Shown in pieces: positions 25,549 to 36,700 of a stretch of DNA of 64,000 bases; within the stretch, counting starts at the first letter, position 1; each line of letters starts with the position of its first letter. Origin of the DNA: Somniosus microcephalus (taxonomy: Eukaryota); the NCBI GenBank assembly GCA_052327205.1, contig CM126205.1:294996001-295060000 (forward strand), given 5' to 3'. The notes beneath the pieces were generated by a model. It had not been told where the DNA came from. It saw only the letters and a list, made by a program, of their open reading frames with translations, and searched no databases. Position numbers and translations under genes: made by a program.

Positions 25549-26625
25549 TCTGGGGTGCTTTTTTTTTTTTTTTTTAAGGGCTACACTCACCCCAAGTCAC
25601 AGGCCTGAAGGTGTTAATGGCCTCGGTGTATATATATATTTTTTTGTCCTCTATTGAGCAGAGGGAGCTGATTAAAATGAGGACACACCTCTCTCCTTAT
25701 TGATTTAAATTGGGAGAGGAGCCCTCACCCCTCTGCTCAATTGGCAATTAATAAAATAGATGAAACTAAGGTGCCTTAGAAAGACAGGCAGAGAGAGACA
25801 AAGAGAGAGAGAGAGAGGTGGGGGGGGTGGGAAGGAGGGAGGACGCAAAGGGCAGTGTTGCCACTCAGGATGGTGGGTGGGTGTTGGCAGGGTTGCACTC
25901 TCCGATGGAAAAAGTCTTTGGCGGTCTTCTGGCAGGGGGAGAAGACGTCTTCATCTGGAAAAGCTGGAGAAGCCCAGGCTTAGTCCTGCAACAGGTCTTA
26001 ACGATGTAATTAAATTAAATTAAGGACTTCACCTTGGGCAGCTCCAAGCTCTCCCAGGGCAGGCAATAGAAGGGATGCTAATTAGTGGTGTGTGTGGCCT
26101 AGCTTTTAACAAGAGCACACACACACTACACCCCTTGATGATCCGGCCTTGCTTCTTCTTTTCTCCCCCCACCTAAAATACAAAGTCTTGGGAGAGTGCC
26201 CCAAATAACACCCACCTGTAGATGTTCCGGATGAAGTTTTCTTCCCTCCTTTCAAGCAGTTGGTTTCTCTCCCCTCTCTCCCTCTCCTGAAGTGGAGGCC
26301 AATTTGGGGAGGCAGTGATAGAAAGGCCTCTCCCCTGGTTGATGTTGATGTAGGCCTCCTTTCTCCTTCTCCTTCTCCTCCTCTGTCCTCTCTCTCCAGG
26401 CACCTCAGTTGATGTAATGATGGTGGAGTTGGTGGTGGTGGTGGTGGTTCAACGTTCTCCTCCTCTTCCTGGTCAGGGGACCACCACTTTAATCCACTCT
26501 CCAAAGTCTGGCTGCTCCCTCTGCTCGTGCTTGTAGCTGAACAGAGGGTACTCTTTTATTTGGACTCAAAAAAAAAAACCCAATCCAACTGTAAATAAAC
26601 AAAAGTTCAACTAAAGCTTAACAAA

Positions 26626-29600
26626 TCAAATTAAAATTTGGTTTTCCGTGTTGATGATGCACTCCAGTCCCCGCGGCGCCCATCGGTCGCGGAAATACTC
26701 AAGCGCACCGGCGGACACCGCGTGCTCCATCTCCAGGGCCACCCGGGCGCGAACATGGCCGCGGAAGAGATGCAGGCAATCCGGCTGGACGACCCCCTCG
26801 ACCGCCCGCTGCCTGGACCAATTGATGGCTCTTTTAGCCAGGCCCAGGAGCAGGCCCACAAGGAGGTCCTCCAACCTGTCCGCTCCCCTCCGCACCGGGT
26901 GACCGTAGATCAAGAGCGTGGGACTGAAGTGCAACCAAAAATCGAGGAGCAGCCCCTTCAAGTAGTGAAAGAGGGGCTGCAACCTCTCACAATCCATATA
27001 AACGTGAAACACGGACTCCTCCAGGCCGCAAAAAATGCAGGCGGCCTGGGAGTCCGTGAACCTACTTAAAACCTTATTGCACGGGACCGCTCCGTGCAAC
27101 ACCCTCCAGGCCAAGTCCCCGATGGAACAAGGGAGGACTCCCGCATAGAGAGCCCTCCATTGGGGACCTCCGCTGCCGCCGGTCGGCAAAACGCCACGCC
27201 AAGGCGTGTCCGGACGGTAGACGAAGATGGCAAAGTGGAGAGTGTGCAGGAGCAGCCCGTACAGGAAACCCCTCCGCGCGGAATGAAAAGGCACGGAGGG
27301 TATTTCCTCGAGACGGCTCAAGTTGTGAGGCGCCGGTTCCCGAGGGGAGTTTCGGGGCCGGGCGCCGATGAGGAATTTCGTCCGAACGGGGGTAAGCTCG
27401 GACGGGATCGCCCCACGTGCTTGAGCCGCCTCGATACACCTAGTGGAGTCGGGGCCCAGTGCCGCTTTTACCGATTCGATGGTTTCGACCGCGAGCTGGA
27501 CGTTGGCCCAGGACAGGCGCCGCGCCAGCTCCTCCGGCGCCATCCAGCCCGCTCCTCCGCCATCGAGCAGGTCCCCGACTCTGGTCACCTTGCCAGCCAC
27601 AGCCCTACCCTCCGCCAGCCGCCCGAACCCGAGTTCGTGGAGGTGCGGATTCCTGAGCAGCGGCTCCCGAAGGAGAGCCGCCGCTCCTGACGGGGGAGAG
27701 CTCCGCCTGGAAGCGACGTAGTTCCAAACCCATAGTCGTTCCTGGTAGAAGACAGGCAGCTCCCACAGGCCGGCACGCCTGCTGCCCACTTTCGCAAACA
27801 GGAGCTGCGTGTCGTAATTGAGGCCATGCAGCTGGCGGAAGAAAAACGTCGCCAGCGCACACCATCTCGGAGGATTCTCGACGTACAGGTATCTCTGCAG
27901 CGTCTGAAGACGGAAAGTCGCAGCCTGGGTGCGAAGGCACACCAGCGCCTGACCGCCCTCCCTAAGCAGGAGACACAGAACCGCGGCAGAGACCCAGTGC
28001 TTCCTTTTGTCCCAGAAGAAGTCGATGAGCTTCTTCTGAATCTTGGCGACAAACGCAGGGGGAGGGATCAAAGTGACCAACCGGTACCACAACATGGCGG
28101 CCACCAGCTGGTTTATGACCAGCGCTCGACCCCTGTAGGACAACACTCGGAGCAGTCCTGTCCAGCGTCCTAGGCGAGCTGTGACTTTGGCCTCCAGCTC
28201 TTGCCAGTTCGCCGGCCAAGCGTCCTCGGCAGGGCTAAGGTAGACTCCCAAATAGAGGAGGTGCGTGGTGCTCCAGGCGAAAGGCCTGAACTCCTCTGGC
28301 AGGGAGTCCACCCGCCACTGACCCACCAGGAGTCCGGAACATTTCTCCCAGTTGATCTTGGCGGAGGATGCGTCCGAGTAAATCTGCTGGCATTCCCGCA
28401 TCCTCCGCAAGTCAGCGGGATCCGTGACCGTGAGGAGCACGTCATCGGCGTAAGCCGAGAGGACCACCTCCACGCCCGGCCCTTGCAGAGCCAGTCCCGT
28501 CAACCTCTTCCGCAAGAGGCGCAGGAAAGGCTCCACGCAAATGGCATATAACTGACCGGACATGGGGCATCCCTGACGCACCCCCCTCCCGAAGCGAAGG
28601 GGCGCCGTCAAGGACCCGTTAACTTTAATCAGACACTCCGCGGCGGCGTACAGAAGTCGGATCCGGGCGACGAAATGCGTCCCGAACCCGAATGCGCGCA
28701 GAGTCCCGAAGAGATACTCGTGATCCACCCTGTCGAACGCCTTCTCCTGATCCAGGGAAAGGAAGGCGACCGACAGACCAGCCCTCTGGGAGTGGTGGAC
28801 CAGGTCCCGGACCAGATGGATGTTATCGTGGATGGTCCGGCCCGGGACCGTGTAGGACTGGTCGGGGTGGATCATGTGGGCCAGCACGGTGCCAAGGCGA
28901 GCAGACATGGCCCTGGCAAAGATTTTATAGTCCGTGCTGAGGAGGGAGACCGGGCGCCAGTTCTTAAGGAGGCGGAGATCGCCCTTCTTAGGCAGCAGGA
29001 CAATGACCGCCCTGCGCCAAGAGAGGGGCATCTCCCCGGTCGCCAAACTTTCCCCCAGGACCCGCGCGTAGTCGCCCCCCAAGACGTCCCAGAACGCCCT
29101 GTGGAACTCTACGGTCAGCCCGTCCAGCCCCGGGGACTTTCCCCTAGAGAGCTGGCAGAGGGCACCGGTCAGCTCCGCCAGACTTAGCGGAGCGTCCAAT
29201 TTTTCGGCGCCCTCCGGGCCAACCTTCGTCAGGTCCTCCCACAAAACTCTGCGCGCATCCTCGCTGGATGGATCCGGAGAGAACAGAGCCCCGTAATAGG
29301 CGCGGGTCTCCGCGCTGATTCCCTCCGGATCCGAGACCAGAGATCCGTCGTCGGCCAGCAGCCCCAAGAGCTGCTTACGAACCCCCCGTCTTTTTTCCAG
29401 CGAGTAGAAGAAGGGGGAGCCGCGGTCCAGGTCCCGCAGGAGCTGGATCCGCGACCTCACGTACGCGCCTCGGGACCCGACGAGCTGCAGGTCCTTCAGC
29501 GCGCCCTTCTTCTCTTCGTACACCTTCCGCAGGGCCGGGTCCTCGACGACCTGACCGAGACGGGACTCCAGGTCGAGCACCTCCTTCTCCAACCGCCCGA

Positions 29601-30525
29601 CCCGGGCCTCCCGCCTCTTGGTCGACCCCTTCGCGTACTCCTGACAGAAGAGACGGATGTGAGCCTTGCCCACATCCCACCATAGCCTCAAGGAGGGGAA
29701 GCCCCCCTGCTTCCTTCTCCAGTCGGCCCAGAATCGATGAAACGAATCCCGGAACCGTGCGTCCTCCAGCAGCAGGTTGTTAAAATGCCAGTACACGGAC
29801 CCCCCCCGCGCGCGCAGCGGAGCGAGCTCCGCCCACACCAGGTGGTGGTCCGTGCACGGCACCGGCCGCATGGAAGCCGTCGGAACGCAGGAGACGAACG
29901 CCCGGGAAATGTAGAGGCGGTCGATTCTGGACCTTCCTCCCCCAGACCTCACGCTAGTGAAGGCGCTGGAGTCGGGGTGGAGATTTCGCCAGACGTCCAC
30001 CAAGTCGAAGGACCCAACCAGGTCCCTCAACTTCTCCATCGCCGCCGGGCTTCGCGGGGGACCCGAACGGTCCCTCGCCTCGAGGGTGCAGTTAAAATCC
30101 CCCCCGAGGATGACGCACTCGCCCACGTCGATGGAGCCCAAGAGAGCGGACACTTCTTCGAAGAAGCGCACTTGCTGCGCACTGGTCTGAGGGGCGTACA
30201 CGTTCACTAGATGGAGCGGCACGCCCCCCAGGCGAACAGTGACCTGGAGCAAGCGGCCCGGCACGTGCTCCTTGACCCCCAAGATCTCCGGCTGAAAATG
30301 CGGGGCCAGCAAGATAGCCACCCCGCTGGAATTGTTGGAGAGGTGACTCATGCTGACCCCTCCTTGCCACTCCAGGAGCCACGTGGCTTCGTCTCCCGGA
30401 ACGGTGTGGGTTTCTTGCAGGAAGCACACCGCATACTTCCCGTCCCGAAGGACCGAGAAGTTATTGAATCTGCGGCGCGCCTCCCTGCTGCCGTTGATGT
30501 TGAGGCTGGCTATGGTTATCTTCAT
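26626..30525 (-). CDS. Tx1 ORF2, copy 2: APE endonuclease, reverse transcriptase and C-terminal Zn finger (1299 aa from ATG)
   Basis: ASLNING, LQETH, GGDFN, SRIDR, TDH; KSPGLDG, DQEKAFD, GVRQGCP, YADD; CIFCGLEESVFHVYMDC. Confidence 0.95.
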   Translation of the reverse strand: MKITIASLNINGSREARRRFNNFSVLRDGKYAVCFLQETHTVPGDEATWLLEWQGGVSMSHLSNNSSGVAILLAPHFQPEILGVKEHVPGRLLQVTVRLGGVPLHLVNVYAPQTSAQQVRFFEEVSALLGSIDVGECVILGGDFNCTLEARDRSGPPRSPAAMEKLRDLVGSFDLVDVWRNLHPDSSAFTSVRSGGGRSRIDRLYISRAFVSCVPTASMRPVPCTDHHLVWAELAPLRARGGSVYWHFNNLLLEDARFRDSFHRFWADWRRKQGGFPSLRLWWDVGKAHIRLFCQEYAKGSTKRREARVGRLEKEVLDLESRLGQVVEDPALRKVYEEKKGALKDLQLVGSRGAYVRSRIQLLRDLDRGSPFFYSLEKRRGVRKQLLGLLADDGSLVSDPEGISAETRAYYGALFSPDPSSEDARRVLWEDLTKVGPEGAEKLDAPLSLAELTGALCQLSRGKSPGLDGLTVEFHRAFWDVLGGDYARVLGESLATGEMPLSWRRAVIVLLPKKGDLRLLKNWRPVSLLSTDYKIFARAMSARLGTVLAHMIHPDQSYTVPGRTIHDNIHLVRDLVHHSQRAGLSVAFLSLDQEKAFDRVDHEYLFGTLRAFGFGTHFVARIRLLYAAAECLIKVNGSLTAPLRFGRGVRQGCPMSGQLYAICVEPFLRLLRKRLTGLALQGPGVEVVLSAYADDVLLTVTDPADLRRMRECQQIYSDASSAKINWEKCSGLLVGQWRVDSLPEEFRPFAWSTTHLLYLGVYLSPAEDAWPANWQELEAKVTARLGRWTGLLRVLSYRGRALVINQLVAAMLWYRLVTLIPPPAFVAKIQKKLIDFFWDKRKHWVSAAVLCLLLREGGQALVCLRTQAATFRLQTLQRYLYVENPPRWCALATFFFRQLHGLNYDTQLLFAKVGSRRAGLWELPVFYQERLWVWNYVASRRSSPPSGAAALLREPLLRNPHLHELGFGRLAEGRAVAGKVTRVGDLLDGGGAGWMAPEELARRLSWANVQLAVETIESVKAALGPDSTRCIEAAQARGAIPSELTPVRTKFLIGARPRNSPREPAPHNLSRLEEIPSVPFHSARRGFLYGLLLHTLHFAIFVYRPDTPWRGVLPTGGSGGPQWRALYAGVLPCSIGDLAWRVLHGAVPCNKVLSRFTDSQAACIFCGLEESVFHVYMDCERLQPLFHYLKGLLLDFWLHFSPTLLIYGHPVRRGADRLEDLLVGLLLGLAKRAINWSRQRAVEGVVQPDCLHLFRGHVRARVALEMEHAVSAGALEYFRDRWAPRGLECIINTENQILI

Positions 30526-30556
30526 GTCAGAAGCATAGTGCAACCTCTACCTACAC

Positions 30557-32715
30557 CTAACGGGGGGAGGAAGCGCAGCCGCTGGTCAGCCGCCACTTCC
30601 TCAGCAGCCCAGTGAGAAACGTTGTGAGCCGACGCAGCTCGAGCGGGTTCACACCCTCGTCCGCGCCCATGATCTTAACGGCGGCGCGGACGGAATCGAT
30701 GAGCAGCGCCAGCTCCGACCACCTGTCGAGGGCCAGCCGGACCTTATTGCGCTGACCCAGGCACGTGGCCATAAAATCCCGGAGTTCCCTTACGGAAATG
30801 AGGGGAGACTCGGCAAGGGGCACGAGGTCATCCATCGCCACGTCGGCGCTGGAGTCCGAATCGTCCTCCGTGCCCATCACCGAGTCCCCATCCTCCTCCA
30901 GGGGGTCGTCACCAGCGGCCGACCCGTCCGCCGCGCAGTGCAAAGCGAACGACTCGGCCGCGCCAGCCAGCCCCGCCTCCGCCCGGATCCCACCCCCAGG
31001 ATCGGCGGCAGAGGATTTCTCCCTGGGCTCCTCTAGGGGTGCCGGGCCAGAAGACGGCGGCGGTTCAGAGCTCCCCTCCGCCTCAGACGCCGGAACGACC
31101 GGAGAAACCGGGGAGAGAACAATTTCCAGCTCCTCCAGTACGTCCGGCACCAGAGACGCAGCCAGGGGGCCATCCTCCTCCCCGCCACCAACCTACGACC
31201 CAGCGGACGGCGGGTTTTGAATTAAAAGCTCTACCAGGACGAGCATCCCCTGGGAGACGTCCGGGTCGCATTGGGCGAGCTCATTATCCTCGAGCTCGCC
31301 CGACCCAGCCCCCAGGCTGCCCGACCCGGCGAGGGGTAACGACACCGATAAAAGGTCAACTTCAATTACTGCCGCGGGTTGTTCCGCAACCCCCCCCACG
31401 GGCAGGGTCTCATCCCCATCCCCGGGAGGCACGTGCTGGACAGACACATCTGCCTCAGCCTCCAGAGGGACAGGCGACCCCTGCCGATCGCTGGTGATGA
31501 CTACAGCGCTGGGGGGGCGGGGGGGGGCGCAGTACCCGCGGCGGGCGACGACTCCCCCTGCTCAGAGGGACCTTCCTCCTCCCGGTCCTCCTCCTCATCC
31601 AGGGGGTCGCGCCTTCTTTTTAGCACGGAGGGAGCGAGGGAGACCTCCATGTCTGCAAAGGCCTCCTCCTCGACTCCCTCCGGCGGAGCAGGTTTGTCGG
31701 GTTCCTCGGGCCCGAGCCCGGCCGCAGGTATTGGCATTACCGCTGCGGCGGTTGCGGCCACAGGCTCGGGCACGGGGCCCCTCCCGCTCACATCTGCCCT
31801 GATCAACTCCGCGAGGAGCGCGGGTGTAAGGGGCTCAAGGGGCAAGGGCTCACCATCCACGGGGGGACCTGCCCTAAGGTGCTTCTTTTTTCCCCGCGCC
31901 TTCTTTCCGGCCGGACACGCTCCCTCCCCCCCGCCGGAGGCCTTGGTGGCATCGGCCCCCGACGTCAACCGCGAATCAGACGTACTTGACGCGCGGGCAG
32001 ATCCGGGGGGAAGGGCGGCGGCGGCGGCGCCAGCCTCGGCCGCACGAGATGATCCGGCGGCCTTGGAGGCAGGGCAGTTCCTCCTGATGTGCCCCACCTC
32101 CCTGCAGGCATGGCACCTCACACCGTCCGACGTCCAAAAGGCGCGGTAGGCGGTCCCCTCGTGGAGGATGACGAACGCCCCTTCAGTGTCCTCCTCCCGC
32201 GCCAGCTGGATAAACAGCTGGCGCCGGAAGGAGAAGACGTGGCGAAGGCTGGCCTCCCGGAAGCCGAGCGGGATGGGCGTGATCCCCGACCTCACCTCCC
32301 CAAGTTGTCGCAAATGGGGAAGGAGGAGCTCACCAGGAACATAGGGCGGGACGTTGGAAATAATGATCCTCTGCGCGGTGGCCTCGAGAGGATCCACCGG
32401 CAGGAAGGTCCCGCCCACGGTGAGCCCCTTGGCGACAGCCAGGGACACCGCCCGCTCCGATCCCAGGAAGAACACAGCCTTCCCATACATTTTTGAGGCC
32501 GCGACGATGGCTGAGGGGCCGACAACCCCAGCCATGGCCTTGACGCAGGCCTCGATGGTCATAGTGGGGTGAGTGTAGCTCTTCACCCCAAGCTTTTTTG
32601 TTATTAATCGAAAAGGTGACGGGGCAGCAGGAACAGCGGGAGCAGCTGTGGCTGTGGCTACCACTCTCGCATAGGTCCCGGCTGGCCCCGCCACCGGCGA
32701 AGATGCAGTCGCCAT
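30557..32715 (-). pseudogene. Tx1 ORF1, copy 2, frameshifted at G-runs near 31510-31528
   Basis: A 404-aa N-terminal part plus downstream pieces match copy 3 ORF1. The homopolymer frameshift could be a sequencing error. Confidence 0.8.
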
Positions 32716-33793
32716 TCTGGGGTGCTTTTTTTTTAATTTTTTTTTTAAGGGCTACACTCACCCCAAGTCACAGGCCTGAAGGTGTTAATAGCCTCGGTGT
32801 ATATATATATATTTTTTTGTCCTCTATTGAGCAGAGGGAGCTGATTAAAATGAGGACACACCTCTCTCCTTATTGATTTAAATTGGGAGAGGAGCCCTCG
32901 CCCCTCTGCTCAATTGGCAATTAATAAAATAGATGAAACTAAGGTGCCTTAGAAAGACAGGCAGAGAGAGACAAAGAGAGAGAGAGAGGTGGGGGGGTGG
33001 GAAGGAGGGAGGCCGCAAAGGGCAGTGTTGCCACTCAGGATGGTGGGTGGGTGTAGGCAGGGTTGCACTCTCCGATGGAAAAAGTCTTTGGTGATGGTGG
33101 TCTTCTGGCAGGGGGAGAAGACGTCTTCACCTGGAAAAGCTGGAGAAGCCCAGGCTTAGTCCTGCAACAGGTCTTAACGATGTAATTAAATTAAATTAAG
33201 GACTTCACCTTGGGCAGCTCCAAGCTCTCCCAGGGCAGGCAATAGAAGGGATGCTAATTAGTGGTGTGTGTGGCCTAGCTTTTAACAAGAGCACACACAC
33301 ACTACACCCCTTGATGATCCGGCCTTGCTTCTTCTTTTCTCCCCCCACCTAAAATACAAAGTCTTGGGAGAGTGCCCCAAATAACACCCACCTGTAGATG
33401 TTCCGGATGAAGTTTTCTTCCCTCCTTTCAAGCAGTTGGTTTCTCTCCCCTCTCTCCCTCTCCTGAAGTGGAGGCCAATTTGGGGAGGCAGTGATAGAAA
33501 GGCCTCTCCCCTGGTTGATGTTGATGTAGGCCTCCTTTCTCCTTCTCCTCCTCTGTCCTCTCTCTCCAGGCACCTCAGTTGATGTAATGATGGTGGAGTT
33601 GGTGGTGGTGGTGGTGGTTCAACGTTCTCCTCCTCTTCCTGGTCAGGGGACCACCACTTTAATCCACTCTCCAAAGTCTGGCTGCTCCCTCTGCTCGTGC
33701 TTGTAGCTGAACAGAGGGTACTCTTTTATTTGGACCCAAAAAAAAAACCAATTCGACTGTAAATAAACAAAAGTTCAACTAAAGCTTAACAAA

Positions 33794-36700
33794 TCAAATT
33801 AAAATTTGGTTTTCCGTGTTGATGATGCACTCCAGTCCCCGCGGCGCCCACCGGTCGCGGAAATACTCAAGCGCACCGGCGGACACCGCGTGCTCCATCT
33901 CCAGGGCCACCCGGGCGCGAACATGGCCGCGGAAGAGATGCAGGCAATCCGGCTGGACGACCCCCTCGACCGCCCGCTGCCTGGACCAATTGATGGCTCT
34001 TTTAGCCAGGCCCAGGAGCAGGCCCACAAGGAGGTCCTCCAACCTGTCCGCTCCCCTCCGCACCGGGTGACCGTAGATCAAGAGCGTGGGACTGAAGTGC
34101 AACCAAAAATCGAGGAGCAGCCCCTTCAAGTAGTGAAAGAGGGGCTGCAACCTCTCACAATCCATATAAACGTGAAACACGGACTCCTCCAGGCCGCAAA
34201 AAATGCAGGCGGCCTGGGAGTCCGTGAACCTACTTAAAACCTTATTGCACGGGACCGCTCCGTGCAACACCCTCCAGGCCAAGTCCCCGATGGAACAAGG
34301 GAGGACTCCCGCATAGAGAGCCCTCCATTGGGGACCTCCGCTACCGCCGGTCGGCAAAACGCCACGCCAAGGCGTGTCCGGACGGTAGACGAAGATGGCA
34401 AAGTGGAGAGTGTGCAGGAGCAGCCCGTACAGGAAACCCCTCCGCGCGGAATGAAAAGGCACGGAGGGTATTTCCTCGAGACGGCTCAAGTTGTGAGGCG
34501 CCGGTTCCCGAGGGGAGTTTCGGGGCCGGGCGCCGATGAGGAATTCCGTCCGAACGGGGGTAAGCTCGGACGGGATCGCCCCACGTGCTTGAGCCGCCTC
34601 GATACACCTAGTGGAGTCGGGGCCCAGTGCCGCTTTTACCGATTCGATGGTTTCGACCGCGAGCTGGACGTTGGCCCAGGACAGGCGCCGCGCCAGCTCC
34701 TCTGGCGCCATCCAGCCCGCTCCTCCGCCATCGAGCAGGTCCCCGACTCTGGTCACCTTGCCAGCCACAGCCCTACCCTCCGCCAGCCGCCCGAACCCGT
34801 GTTCGTGGAGGTGCGGATTCCTGAGCAGCGGCTCCCGAAGGAGAGCCGCCGCTCCTGACGGGGGAGAGCTCCGCCTGGAAGCGACGTAGTTCCAAACCCA
34901 TAGTAGTTCCTGGTAGAAGACAGGCAGCTCCCGCAGGCCGGCACGCCTGCTGCCCACTTTCGCAAACAGGAGCTGCGTGTCGTAATTGAGGCCATGCAGC
35001 TGGCGGAAGAAAAACGTCGCCAGCGCACACCATCTCGGAGGATTCTCGACGTACAGGTATCTCTGCAGCGTCTGAAGACGGAAAGTCGCAGCCTGGGTGC
35101 GAAGGCACACCAGCGCCTGACCGCCCTCCCTAAGCGGGAGACACAGAACCGCGGCAGAGACCCAGTGCTTCCTTTTGTCCCAGAAGAAGTCGATGAGCTT
35201 CTTCTGAATCTTGGCGACAAACGCAGGGGGAGGGATCAAAGTGACCAACCGGTACCACAACATGGCGGCCACCAGCTGGTTTATGACTAGCGCTCGACCC
35301 CTGTAGGACAACACTCGGAGCAGTCCTGTCCAGCGTCCTAGGCGAGCGGTGACTTTGGCCTCCAGCTCTTGCCAGTTCGCCGGCCAAGCGTCCTCGGCAG
35401 GGCTAAGGTAGACTCCCAAATAGAGGAGGTGCGTGGTGCTCCAGGCGAAAGGCCTGAACTCCTCCGGCAGGGAGTCCACCCGCCACTGACCCACCAGGAG
35501 TCCGGAACATTTCTCCCAGTTGATCTTGGCGGAGGATGCGTCCGAGTAAATCTGCTGGCATTCCCGCATCCTCCGCAAGTCAGCGGGATCCGTGACCGTG
35601 AGGAGCACGTCATCGGCGTAAGCCGAGAGGACCACCTCCACGCCCGGCCCTTGCAGAGCCAGTCCCGTCAACCTCTTCCGCAAGAGGCGCAGGAAAGGCT
35701 CCACGCAAATGGCATATAACTGACCGGACATGGGGCATCCCTGACGCACCCCCCTCCCGAAGCGAAGGGGCGCCGTCAAGGACCCGTTAACTTTAATCAG
35801 ACACTCCGCGGCGGTGTACAGAAGTCGGATCCGGGCGACGAAATGCGTCCCGAACCCGAATGCGCGCAGAGTCCCGAAGAGATACTCGTGATCCACCCTG
35901 TCGAACGCCTTCTCCTGATCCAGGGAAAGGAAGGCGACCGACAGACCAGCCCTCTGGGAGTGGTGGACCAGGTCCCGGACCAGATGGATGTTATCGTGGA
36001 TGGTCCGGCCCGGGACCGTGTAGGACTGGTCGGGGTGGATCATGTGGGCCAGCACGGTGCCAAGGCGAGCAGACATGGCCCTGGCAAAGATTTTATAGTC
36101 CGTGCTGAGGAGGGAGACCGGGCGCCAGTTCTTAAGGAGGCGGAGATCGCCCTTCTTAGGCAGCAGGACAATGACCGCCCTGCGCCAAGAGAGGGGCATC
36201 TCCCCGGTCGCCAAACTTTCCCCCAGGACCCGCGCGTAGTCGCCCCCCAAGACGTCCCAGAACGCCCTGTGGAACTCCACGGTCAGCCCGTCCAGCCCCG
36301 GGGACTTTCCCCTAGAGAGCTGGCGGAGGGCGCCGGTCAGCTCCGCCAGACTTAGCGGAGCGTCCAATTTTTCGGCGCCCTCCGGGCCAACCTTCGTCAG
36401 GTCCTCCCACAAAACTCTGCGCGCATCCTCGCTGGACGGATCCGGAGAGAACAGAGCCCCGTAATAGGCGCGGGTCTCCGCGTTGATTCCCTCCGGATCC
36501 GAGACCAGAGATCCGTCGTCGGCCAGCAGCCCCAAGAGCTGCTTACGGACCCCCCGTCTTTTTTCCAGCGAGTAGAAGAAGGGGGAGCCGCGGTCCAGGT
36601 CCCGCAGGAGCTGGATCCGCGACCTCACGTACGCGCCTCGGGACCCGACGAGCTGCAGGTCCTTCAGCGCGCCCTTCTTCTCTTCGTACACCTTCCGCAG

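Larger units (their letters stand above)
19402..26536 (-). mobile_element. Tx1-clade non-LTR retrotransposon, copy 1 (full length, defective)
   Basis: Same termini as copies 2 and 3. ORF1 and ORF2 are both frameshifted. Confidence 0.95.
26551..33706 (-). mobile_element. Tx1-clade non-LTR retrotransposon, copy 2 (ORF2 intact, ORF1 frameshifted)
   Basis: Bounded by 14-bp TSDs and full length. Confidence 0.95.
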
